The notes under the pieces are model-generated. The model searched no databases. It saw nothing but the letters and a program-made list of their open reading frames with translations, and was not told where the DNA came from. A program made the translations under genes and the position numbers. A DNA stretch of 64,000 bases from an uncultured Enterobacteriaceae bacterium (GTDB taxonomy: Bacteria; Pseudomonadota; Gammaproteobacteria; Pseudomonadales; Pseudohongiellaceae), in NCBI GenBank assembly GCA_964490145.1, contig CAZBBS010000004.1, forward strand, positions 261-64,260, written 5' to 3'. Shown here piece by piece: positions 52,855 through 60,960 of the stretch. The first letter of the stretch is position 1. Each line of letters opens with the position of its first letter.

Positions 52855-53747
52855 GGAGTCTGGTCCAGATCAAACCAGCGCTGCTGCATGGTCGGGCTCA
52901 TGGCCAACAGATTACTGATGGCCGTAAATGCGTCATTATCCAAGCCCTTGCGACTCAGGTCAGGTTCTTCCTCAAAATCCATGTCACAGACTACTGTTGT
53001 GAGCAGTTTGTTCAGGGGCAGCATGTCCCTGTGGGCATTGACCAGCGCACCGATACGGGTGGCTCCGCGAAATTTCATGGTTGGAATCTGCTCAACATTT
53101 TCCAGAATGTCTTCAATTGACGCGTACTTCTGTAGCAGGCGTGCGGCCGTGGTATAGCCGACTCCCGGTATTCCCGGAATGTTGTCGATCTTGTCCCCGG
53201 TAAGCGCCAGCATGTCTGCAATCTGGTGCGGCCTGACACCAAACTGTTTTTCCACACCCCTGTTGTTCAAAACATTGCCCCGGGCAAAATCCCACCAGGC
53301 ATCTTCCTCACCGAGCACCAGTTGGGTCAGGTCCTTGTCGGCGCTGACTATCGTCACGGCAAAGCCCTGGTCCCTGAGGCGCTGGGCCAGCGAGCCGATG
53401 ATGTCATCAGCCTCGAAACGTTCACTACTGAACGCAGGAATACCCACTGCATGGCAGAAATTACGGCAGTGCTGGAACTGGATCTTCAATTCTTCCGGGG
53501 CAGGTTCACGGTTGGCCTTGTACTCGGGAAACAGCTCCTTGCGATAACTGTCTTTCTGGGAGGAATCAAAGGCGCAGGCAATAAACCGGGGCTGTTTCTG
53601 CCGGATCAGCTGGTAAAGAAAATCGGTGAACCCGAATACGGCATTGCTGGGATTGCCCTGGCTATCAACAATGGTGTCATCGTAGACATACCAGGCGCGA
53701 AAAATATAAATGCTGGAGTCAATCAGGTAGGCGCGGGGCAAGGGCAT
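52851..53747 (-). CDS. 5'-3' exonuclease / flap endonuclease family protein
   Basis: LIDSSIYIFRAWY…FDS…ADDIIGSLA…SADKDL…GIPGVG (H3TH). It overlaps the MFS gene by 4 nt. Confidence 0.85.
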   Translation of the reverse strand: MPLPRAYLIDSSIYIFRAWYVYDDTIVDSQGNPSNAVFGFTDFLYQLIRQKQPRFIACAFDSSQKDSYRKELFPEYKANREPAPEELKIQFQHCRNFCHAVGIPAFSSERFEADDIIGSLAQRLRDQGFAVTIVSADKDLTQLVLGEEDAWWDFARGNVLNNRGVEKQFGVRPHQIADMLALTGDKIDNIPGIPGVGYTTAARLLQKYASIEDILENVEQIPTMKFRGATRIGALVNAHRDMLPLNKLLTTVVCDMDFEEEPDLSRKGLDNDAFTAISNLLAMSPTMQQRWFDLDQTP

Positions 53748-53793
53748 GCGGGGATTTTAGCGGAAGTGCGGGAAAAGCGCGATTCGATTTTCG

Positions 53794-53822
53794 GAGGCAG
53801 GAGACATGAGGCCTCCTGCCTC
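53794..53822. repeat. perfect 10-bp-stem hairpin GAGGCAGGAG-N9-CTCCTGCCTC abutting a stop codon
   Basis: Read directly from the sequence. It belongs to the GGCAGG/CCTGCC heptamer family. Confidence 0.85.
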
Positions 53823-54604
53823 TAGCTCAACTCAAACGCATCCGCATCCAGGTGCGCGGGAAATTTTTCCCGGTAGTTGTTCAGGGCGGTTTTGCTGAGT
53901 GTCACAGTATGTATCCCTGTTGTTTCCCCGGCATCAAGCAAGACCTTCCCGGCATGGTCAGTTACCATGCTGTGGCCGACATAGTCGATGCCATTGCCAT
54001 CCGTGCCGATGCGGTTCACGCCAACGCTATAGGCCAGGTTTTCGATGGCTCGTGCCTGTAGCAGGGTTTGCCAGTGCCCGTTTCTGGCTGCGGGCCAGTT
54101 GGCAACATAGAGCACCAGGTCATAGGCAAGATCAGCGCTGTTTCGGCTCCACACGGGAAAGCGCAGGTCATAACAGACCAGGGGCAGGATGCGCCATTCT
54201 CGCCAGACCAGCAGGGCACGTTCATCGCCTGCACCATAACGCTTGTGCTCCCCCAGCATCCGGAACAGGTGACGCTTGTCGTAATAAACCACGTTGCCTT
54301 CAGGCGTCATGAATACCAGGCGATTGTAGCGCTGTCCGTCATCCAGCACCGCGATGCTGCCGCATACAGCCGCATCATGAGACTGGGCAAGCTCCAGCAT
54401 CCAATCCACTGTTTCTCCCGGCCACTCTTCGGCAATAGCGCCGTCCATGGTAAAGGCGCTGTTGAACATTTCCGGCAGGATAATGAGGTCGGTGTCCAGG
54501 TCATCAATGGCAAGCATGTCTGCCAGAATGTCCCGATTGGCCTCGGCCTGTTGCCAGGCCAGGTCGGGTTGGACAAGGGTGACTGTCAGGTTGGAGTCAG
54601 GCAT
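53822..54604 (-). CDS. carbon-nitrogen hydrolase (omega-amidase YafV-like)
   Basis: The ATG at 54604 gives MPDSNLTVTLVQPDLAWQ…LPEMF…CYDLRFP, carrying the nitrilase-superfamily E-K-C triad context. Confidence 0.8.
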   Translation of the reverse strand: MPDSNLTVTLVQPDLAWQQAEANRDILADMLAIDDLDTDLIILPEMFNSAFTMDGAIAEEWPGETVDWMLELAQSHDAAVCGSIAVLDDGQRYNRLVFMTPEGNVVYYDKRHLFRMLGEHKRYGAGDERALLVWREWRILPLVCYDLRFPVWSRNSADLAYDLVLYVANWPAARNGHWQTLLQARAIENLAYSVGVNRIGTDGNGIDYVGHSMVTDHAGKVLLDAGETTGIHTVTLSKTALNNYREKFPAHLDADAFELS

Positions 54605-54614
54605 GGGGCAGAAC

Positions 54615-54744
54615 GGAGGCAGGAGACAAGAGGCAGGATGCAGGGTGTTCAACCAACCCTGGCAGTCCCGTGTTTATATTTTTACCTTGAAAAAACAATC
54701 TACCCATTAAAACCTGATTTGAAGAACGTGTCCCTGCCTCTTGC
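54615..54744. repeat. about 130-bp element bounded by inverted heptamer arrays (GGAGGCAGGAGACAAGAGGCAGGA … TCCCTGCCTCTTGC)
   Basis: The purine-rich array is at 54615-54638 and the complementary array at 54731-54744. The architecture matches 63868-64000. Confidence 0.6.
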
Positions 54745-54763
54745 ATTCTGTGCCCTGGCTCCG

Positions 54764-55612
54764 TCAAGCCCAGAGCGCTGTTGCGTGATGATTGATATGG
54801 TCTTCGATAAACGAGGCAATGAAGAAATAACTGTGATCATAACCTGCCTGGAAACGCAGGGTCAGTGGATGACCGGCATCCTGGCAGGCCTGCTGCAGCA
54901 GTACCGTTTTGAGCTGGCCGCGCAGGAAATCATCGTTCTGTCCCTGGTCCACCAGGATGTGGAGTTTTTCCTTGGCTTTCGGGATCAGGGCACAGGTATC
55001 GTATTCCTCCCAGTCTTCACGGTTGTCACCGATGTAGTTGGATAGCGCCTTTTCGCCCCAGGGGCAGTTCAGGGGTGAACAGATTGGCGCAAAGGCTGAA
55101 ACAGCCTTGTACCTGCCCGGATTTTTCAGGGCGATGGTCAGGGCGCCGTGACCGCCCATGGAGTGGCCCATGATGGAGCAGTTGGCGGTATCCAGTGGCA
55201 GATCACTGTCAGCCAGAACCCGCGGGAGCTCCTGGGTGACATAGTCGTACATGTGGTAATGCTCTTTCCAGGGATCCTGGGTGGCATTGACGTAGAAACC
55301 GGCACCCAGGCCAAAGTCGTAAGCCCCATCCGGGTCATCCGGCACACCTTCGCCTCGTGGGCTGGTATCCGGACAGACAATGGCAACGCCAGCCTGTGCC
55401 GCAAACTGTTGGGCGCCGGCTTTCTGGACAAAGTTGTCGTCAGTGCAGGTCAGACCTGACAACCAGTAAATCACCGGGACATCCTCTGTCGTTGCCTGGG
55501 GAGGCAGGTAGACAGAAAAGATCATGTCGCAGTTCAGGACCTTGGAGGTATGTTTCAGCTTGAGCTGCTTGCCGCCAAACATGGCATTGGCACTGACTTG
55601 TTCCAGACTCAT
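54764..55612 (-). CDS. fghA: S-formylglutathione hydrolase
   Basis: 282 aa, esterase D family, with GHSMGGHGAL. It lies downstream of the glutathione-dependent formaldehyde dehydrogenase. Confidence 0.9.
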   Translation of the reverse strand: MSLEQVSANAMFGGKQLKLKHTSKVLNCDMIFSVYLPPQATTEDVPVIYWLSGLTCTDDNFVQKAGAQQFAAQAGVAIVCPDTSPRGEGVPDDPDGAYDFGLGAGFYVNATQDPWKEHYHMYDYVTQELPRVLADSDLPLDTANCSIMGHSMGGHGALTIALKNPGRYKAVSAFAPICSPLNCPWGEKALSNYIGDNREDWEEYDTCALIPKAKEKLHILVDQGQNDDFLRGQLKTVLLQQACQDAGHPLTLRFQAGYDHSYFFIASFIEDHINHHATALWA

Positions 55613-55631
55613 TTCTTTTTCCTCTTGAATT

Positions 55632-55662
55632 AAAAAAGGGGCAGGGCGTGAACCCTGCCCCT
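55632..55662 (-). terminator. intercistronic terminator or attenuator hairpin between frmA and fghA
   Basis: On the minus strand, AAGGGGCAGGG-TTCACG-CCCTGCCCCTT is followed by TTTTTTAATT. Confidence 0.55.
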
Positions 55663-55678
55663 TGCAGGCATAACTGTA

Positions 55679-56782
55679 TCAGTAAAGAACGACTGAGCGA
55701 ATGCTTTCGCCGGCATGCATCAGGTCGAAGGCCTTGTTGATGTCTTCCAGCGGCATGGTGTGGGTGATCAGGTCGTCGATATTGATCTTCCTGTCCATGT
55801 ACCAGTCCACGATTTTCGGTACGTCGGTACGGCCACGGGCACCACCGAAGGCGGTACCTTTCCAGGAGCGACCGGTGACCAGCTGGAACGGACGGGTGGA
55901 GATTTCCTGGCCGGCACCGGCAACACCGATGATGTAGGACTCACCCCAACCCTTGTGGCAGCATTCCAGCGCCTGGCGCATGACCTTGACGTTACCGATA
56001 CATTCGAAGCTGTAATCCACGCCGCCGGTCATCTGCACGATGTGGTCAACCACGTTTTCAACGTCGTTGGGGTTGATGAAATCTGTCATGCCGAACTGTT
56101 TGCCCAGGGCTTCACGTGCCGGATTCAGATCGATGCCGATGATCTTGCTGGCGCCTGCAAGCTTGGCACCCTGGATGACGTTCAGGCCGATACCGCCGAG
56201 ACCGAACACGGCAACCGTGGAACCGATTTCCACCTTGGCCTGGAAAACAACAGCGCCAACACCGGTGGTGACACCACAGCCGATGTAGCAGATCTTGTCG
56301 AAAGGCGCATCTTCACGCACCTTGGCCAGGGAGATTTCAGGCAGGACAGTATAGTTGGAGAAGGTGGAGCAGCCCATGTAATGCAGAATCGGTTTGCCGT
56401 CCAGTGAGAAACGGCTGGTGCCGTCAGGCATCAGGCCCTGGCCCTGGGTGGCACGTACGGCCTGGCACAGGTTGGTCTTGGGGTGCAGACAGTAATCACA
56501 TTCGCGGCATTCTGCAGTGTAAAGCGGAATGACGTGGTCGCCCGGTTTCAGGGATTTCACGCCCGGGCCCACTTCTACCACTACACCGGCACCTTCATGG
56601 CCAAGAATGGCAGGAAAGGCGCCTTCTGGATCATCACCGCTGAGGGTAAAGGCGTCAGTATGACAAACACCTGTGGCTTTCAGCTCGACCAGGACTTCGC
56701 CGGCTCTTGGGCCTTCCAGGTCGACTTCGCAGATTTCCAGGGGCTTTCCAGCTCCAAAAGCAACGGCAGCTCTCGTTTTCAT
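55679..56782 (-). CDS. frmA: S-(hydroxymethyl)glutathione dehydrogenase / class III alcohol dehydrogenase
   Basis: 367 aa with [17 protein letters not shown]…GVCHTD…GHEGAG…, Zn ligands and GLGGIG. Confidence 0.93.
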   Translation of the reverse strand: MKTRAAVAFGAGKPLEICEVDLEGPRAGEVLVELKATGVCHTDAFTLSGDDPEGAFPAILGHEGAGVVVEVGPGVKSLKPGDHVIPLYTAECRECDYCLHPKTNLCQAVRATQGQGLMPDGTSRFSLDGKPILHYMGCSTFSNYTVLPEISLAKVREDAPFDKICYIGCGVTTGVGAVVFQAKVEIGSTVAVFGLGGIGLNVIQGAKLAGASKIIGIDLNPAREALGKQFGMTDFINPNDVENVVDHIVQMTGGVDYSFECIGNVKVMRQALECCHKGWGESYIIGVAGAGQEISTRPFQLVTGRSWKGTAFGGARGRTDVPKIVDWYMDRKINIDDLITHTMPLEDINKAFDLMHAGESIRSVVLY

Positions 56783-56964
56783 GAGGTAATTCCTTCTTGT
56801 TCAAATTAAGGTGTAGATGGATTTTGGAAGATACAGGATAGTGGCCTGATCTATGGCTTCTTATTAGGTTAAACTGGCTCACAAATATAGCCCGTTGCCC
56901 GGCAGTTGTGTAGTCTCAGCACAGAAACAGACCGTGCAAATAGAATGGAAATTAGTGAGTCATC

Positions 56965-58188
56965 ATGTCTGAACCCTGTTGTATTGTGGTTGGCGCCAGT
57001 CATGCCGGCGGTCAGCTTGCCGTGAGCCTGCGCCAGGAAGGCTGGGAAGGGCGGGTCCTGGTCATCGGCGACGAACCCTACCTGCCGTATAACCGTCCGC
57101 CGCTGTCAAAAACCTTCCTGTCCGGTGAAAAGCATGTAGATGACCTCCTGATCAGGCCGGAAACTCAGTATGAAAAAATCGGTGTCGAGTTTCTGCTCGG
57201 GCAGCGGGTAACCGGACTGGACCGGGAGTCCAGAACCCTGACCCTGTCCCATGATGAAACCTTTTCCTGGAGCAAGCTGGCATTGGCGACCGGTGCCAGA
57301 GTCAGAAAACTGGATCTGCCAGGCGCTGATCTCAAAGGGGTGTTATACCTGCGCGACATCAGTGATGTGGAAACTATTCGCCAGTTCCTGGGTGACGGTA
57401 AGAAAGCAGTGATTGTCGGCGGTGGCTATATCGGGCTTGAAACGGCGGCCATGTTGAGAAAGCTCAATATGGAGGTGTCAGTACTTGAGGCAGCCGAGCG
57501 TGTTTTGAGCCGGGTGACAGCGCCGGAGCTTTCGCATTTTTATACACGTATCCATGAGGAAGAGGGCTGCCGGATTCACTGTGGGGTCCAGGTCACAGGT
57601 TTTGGTGGCGAAGGTCGCGTCAGTGAAGTGCACTGTGCCGATGGCAGTACCTTTGCTGCCGATCTGGTCATTATCGGTATCGGGGTGATGCCAAATACCT
57701 CGCTGGCGGAAACGGCCGGATTGGAGGTCGATAATGGCATTGTCGTGAATGATGCCTGCCTGACCAGCGATGACAACATTGCCGCGGCTGGTGACTGCAC
57801 CCGACATTTCAATCACTTTTATCAGCGTCAGCTGCGGCTTGAAAGTGTGCAGAACGCCATGGAGCAGGCCAAGGTGGCAGCAGCGGCTTTATGTGGCAGG
57901 TCAATTCAGTATAATGCGCTGCCATGGTTCTGGTCTGACCAGTACGATCTGAAACTGCAGATAGCAGGCCTGTCCGAAGGCTATGATCAGGTGGTGCTTC
58001 GAGGAGATCCGGACGGCAGCAGAAAATTTGCAGCATTCTATCTCAAGGGATCCAAGGTCATTGCGGTGGATGCTATCAACAGCCCCCAGGAGTTCATGAC
58101 CGGGAAACAGCTGATCTCCAGGGAGCTTGAGGTCGATCCGGTCCGGATCCAGGACGCAGAGCTGCCGGTCAAGTCCTTGTTGGACTAG
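56965..58188 (+). CDS. NAD(P)H-dependent FAD ferredoxin reductase (putidaredoxin/rubredoxin reductase-like)
   Basis: 407 aa with VVGASHAGG (FAD), …YNRPPLSK…, and VGGGYIGLE (NAD). Confidence 0.85.
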   Translation: MSEPCCIVVGASHAGGQLAVSLRQEGWEGRVLVIGDEPYLPYNRPPLSKTFLSGEKHVDDLLIRPETQYEKIGVEFLLGQRVTGLDRESRTLTLSHDETFSWSKLALATGARVRKLDLPGADLKGVLYLRDISDVETIRQFLGDGKKAVIVGGGYIGLETAAMLRKLNMEVSVLEAAERVLSRVTAPELSHFYTRIHEEEGCRIHCGVQVTGFGGEGRVSEVHCADGSTFAADLVIIGIGVMPNTSLAETAGLEVDNGIVVNDACLTSDDNIAAAGDCTRHFNHFYQRQLRLESVQNAMEQAKVAAAALCGRSIQYNALPWFWSDQYDLKLQIAGLSEGYDQVVLRGDPDGSRKFAAFYLKGSKVIAVDAINSPQEFMTGKQLISRELEVDPVRIQDAELPVKSLLD

Positions 58189-58251
58189 CCAGACAACATT
58201 AAGACCAGAGATTCAGTAAAGAAAACCGTCAACCAAAGGAAAGATTTTTTC

Positions 58252-58572
58252 ATGCCTGTAGTTACGTATATCAGCCATAACGGCGCTATCAATGAAGTGG
58301 AAGTTGCCAGCGGATCCTCCGTCATGCAGGGTGCGGTCGACAATATGATCGACGGCATCATTGCCGAGTGCGGCGGCTCCTGCAGTTGTGCCACCTGCCA
58401 TTGCTATATTGACCCGGCCTGGGTGGACAGGATCCCGGCAGCCAGCGAAATGGAAAAGGACATGCTGGAGTGTGTTCTGGAACCTCAGGAGACCAGCCGC
58501 CTGAGCTGCCAGATAAAGATTACCGATGACCTGGATGGCCTGGTGGTTCGCCTGCCAGAATCCCAGTTCTAG
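58252..58572 (+). CDS. 2Fe-2S ferredoxin, adrenodoxin/putidaredoxin type
   Basis: 106 aa with CGGSCSCATCH…C cluster ligands. Confidence 0.9.
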   Translation: MPVVTYISHNGAINEVEVASGSSVMQGAVDNMIDGIIAECGGSCSCATCHCYIDPAWVDRIPAASEMEKDMLECVLEPQETSRLSCQIKITDDLDGLVVRLPESQF

Positions 58573-58702
58573 GCAAGGCAAAAAAAATTGCATTTGGAGT
58601 GAACTTTCTCCGGCATCATGGTTCTAAAAGGGTGTGTAAAGTCAAAATCCCCTTTTTGAAATCTGACACTCCTCTTGATTGTTATTGAAAGATCCCATGT
58701 TA

Positions 58703-58728
58703 AACCCGGCAATAGCCGGGTTTTTTTT
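58703..58728 (+). terminator. rho-independent terminator downstream of the ferredoxin gene
   Basis: AACCCGGC-AATA-GCCGGGTT followed by a T8 run. Confidence 0.75.
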
Positions 58729-58974
58729 GGCTTGAGAAAGCCGTTTCCAGTAGGGCGTTTGGTTGCTGGAAATTAAAATAACCCATTGAATATCAAAGAG
58801 TTAAATGGATTTTATGGCGAATATGATATCGCGGTGAAATCTGAATTTTCTGCCCAGTCGTACCATTTTTGTGAACTCATTAACGAATCTGCCTGAGCCG
58901 GCCACCTATAATGGCCTCCAGTTCAGGAATTTGTCCTGTTAATCAAGCTCAGGTGTCTCAGTAGAATTTCAGAC

Positions 58975-59205
58975 ATGAACGAATACGTCCACAACAAGAA
59001 AGGCAATATGGCGGCAATGATGCTGGCAGATGGTGCGCAGGGATCTGCTGTGCAGTCCCAGGCCCTGCAGGAAATCATCGACGTGCTCAAATATCCCTTT
59101 CAGACGTCCTGCGATACCTGCAATGGCCTGGGTTTCATTCGCAATGGCAAGGATTGCCCTACCTGTGACGGAAGCGGCAAGGTCATCGACGACTTTTTCA
59201 AATAG
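58975..59205 (+). CDS. small protein with two DnaJ-type CxxCxGxG zinc-finger motifs
   Basis: 76 aa with CDTCNGLG and CPTCDGSG separated by 8 residues. The coding status of the N-terminal half is uncertain. Confidence 0.5.
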   Translation: MNEYVHNKKGNMAAMMLADGAQGSAVQSQALQEIIDVLKYPFQTSCDTCNGLGFIRNGKDCPTCDGSGKVIDDFFK

Positions 59206-59219
59206 TTGTTATCAATTGT

Positions 59220-59798
59220 TCATTCCAGCCCTTCAGGCTGGTCAATATCCCGCAATATGCCCTTGTCTCCGGTTTCCAGCTGGTGACAGTGTTCTGCGTA
59301 TTGATTCAGTAACTCCCTGGCGCCCCTGTCGCCGGACTGGGCAAGTATTTCCTGAAAGTATCGCTGGCGAAACGCCACGGGATTGCCGCGTTTGCCCTTG
59401 ATGCATGGAATGATGATGTCATGTTCGGTCAGGGAATCCTGCACGGCTGAATAGGTTTCCGGCTTGATGAATGGCATATCAGCCAGGGCGATGAGAGCAC
59501 CTTGCCAGTCTGCGGCCATTTTTATGCCCGAAGCCAGGCTGTTGGACATGCCGTTGTCCGGATTTTCCGCAAAACAGATTTGCCAACTGCCGCTGTAAAG
59601 GGTGGCGAGGTCCTCATCGCCCGGCTTGAGGACGAGAACCCGTGATGTGAAGGTTTCCGGAATATTTTCCAGGGTGTTTTCCAGCAGCGTCTTGCCATTG
59701 GCCATGACAGCACGGCGCTTGTCAGAACCAAAGCGCCGTCCACTGCCTGCCGCCAGCATGATGATGCCGATGGACTCAGTGGAAAGCCGGTGGGTCAT
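59220..59798 (-). CDS. MobA-like NTP transferase (molybdenum cofactor cytidylyltransferase MocA-like)
   Basis: IIMLAAGSGRRFGSDKR N-terminal nucleotide-binding motif. It overlaps the xdhC-like gene by 4 nt. Confidence 0.75.
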   Translation of the reverse strand: MTHRLSTESIGIIMLAAGSGRRFGSDKRRAVMANGKTLLENTLENIPETFTSRVLVLKPGDEDLATLYSGSWQICFAENPDNGMSNSLASGIKMAADWQGALIALADMPFIKPETYSAVQDSLTEHDIIIPCIKGKRGNPVAFRQRYFQEILAQSGDRGARELLNQYAEHCHQLETGDKGILRDIDQPEGLE

Positions 59799-60754
59799 AC
59801 CTTTCTGGCCTTTGCTCTCAGACTGGTAAGCTCCGCCAGAATGGCGATGGCAATTTCGGGAGGTGTCTTGCTGCCAATGGACAGTCCCACTGGCGCATGC
59901 AGCTGGTCAATCTGTTCCTGGGTGATGTCGAGATCCAATAGGCGCTTGCGGCGGGCAGCGGAAGTGCGCTCCGAACCCATGGCACCGATATAAAAGGCGT
60001 CGCTGGCCTGCAGTGCTTCCATTAATGCCATGTCGTCGATTCGGGGATCATGGCAAAGGGCAATGACAGCCGTCTGCTGGTCCAGTACCTTCTCGCGCAA
60101 CCAGTCATCGGGCATCGCGCTGACCACCGGGACATCCCTGATTGGAGTGTTGGCCACCAGTTCGGCGCGGGGATCGCAGACTTCCACCTGGTAATCCAGG
60201 GCCTGGGCCATGTTCGCCAGGTAGTAGGCCACCTGAACTGCACCAATCAGCAGAAGCTGAAACGAGGGGCCATAGGTGTGGTGCAGAACATTGTCGGTAA
60301 TGTGCAAAGGTTCGTGTTTGGCGGCCGCGGCAATGCGGGTTTCACCCGTGTCCAGATCCACGGTTCGTGTGACCAACTCACGGCGGGAAATACTGTCGGC
60401 GAGAGAGGCGTACAGGGTTTTCTGATCCGGGCTGATGGGTTCAATCACCACTTCGAGTGTGCCGCCACAGGGCAGCCCCAGGCGCATGACATCCTCGACT
60501 GTCACCCCGTATTGTATTTTTTCCGGTTTTTCTGTCGCCAGTTCCCGGCGATTGATGCTGTCACGCAGGTCATCTTCCACGCAGCCGCCGGACAATGAGC
60601 CGCAATACAGCCCGTCTTCGTTGCAGGCAAGCAGGGAGCCGACCGGACGGGGCGAGGAGCCAAAGGTACTGATGATGGTGCATAACCAGCACTGCTTGCC
60701 GGCATCAAGCCAGTTGCGCAGTTGGACGAGTACTTGCTGGTCAAGACTGTTCAT
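59795..60754 (-). CDS. XdhC-family molybdoenzyme maturation protein
   Basis: 319 aa with an N-terminal XdhC/CoxI region (…TFGSSPRPVGS…) and a C-terminal Rossmann-like region (LLLIGAVQVA). Confidence 0.8.
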   Translation of the reverse strand: MNSLDQQVLVQLRNWLDAGKQCWLCTIISTFGSSPRPVGSLLACNEDGLYCGSLSGGCVEDDLRDSINRRELATEKPEKIQYGVTVEDVMRLGLPCGGTLEVVIEPISPDQKTLYASLADSISRRELVTRTVDLDTGETRIAAAAKHEPLHITDNVLHHTYGPSFQLLLIGAVQVAYYLANMAQALDYQVEVCDPRAELVANTPIRDVPVVSAMPDDWLREKVLDQQTAVIALCHDPRIDDMALMEALQASDAFYIGAMGSERTSAARRKRLLDLDITQEQIDQLHAPVGLSIGSKTPPEIAIAILAELTSLRAKARKV

Positions 60755-60872
60755 GGGACATCCTTCAGATAAAGCGCGGCAAATTATATGTAAATCGCCC
60801 CGAGGTGGGAAATGATGCTTTTGGCGCTCGCATCACAACCACAAGCCTTACCTGTTAACAGCCTTAACGTGT

Positions 60873-60888
60873 TGGCCAGTACTGGCCA
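60873..60888. promoter_or_regulatory. 16-bp perfect palindrome TGGCCAGTACTGGCCA
   Basis: Read directly from the sequence. It lies between the phoH-like stop (60961) and the xdhC-like start (60754). Confidence 0.35.
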
Positions 60889-60960
60889 GGAGCTGGATAT
60901 CCGGATGTGTACTGAATCTGCCGGTCTGTGGGCAGAGGTCCGGATTTGTCTGGTTTGTCT

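Noticed and set aside
54068-55045. 325-aa plus-strand ORF
   Set aside because: It runs antisense across the amidase gene, the repeat-containing spacer and the fghA 3' end, so it cannot be a conserved gene.
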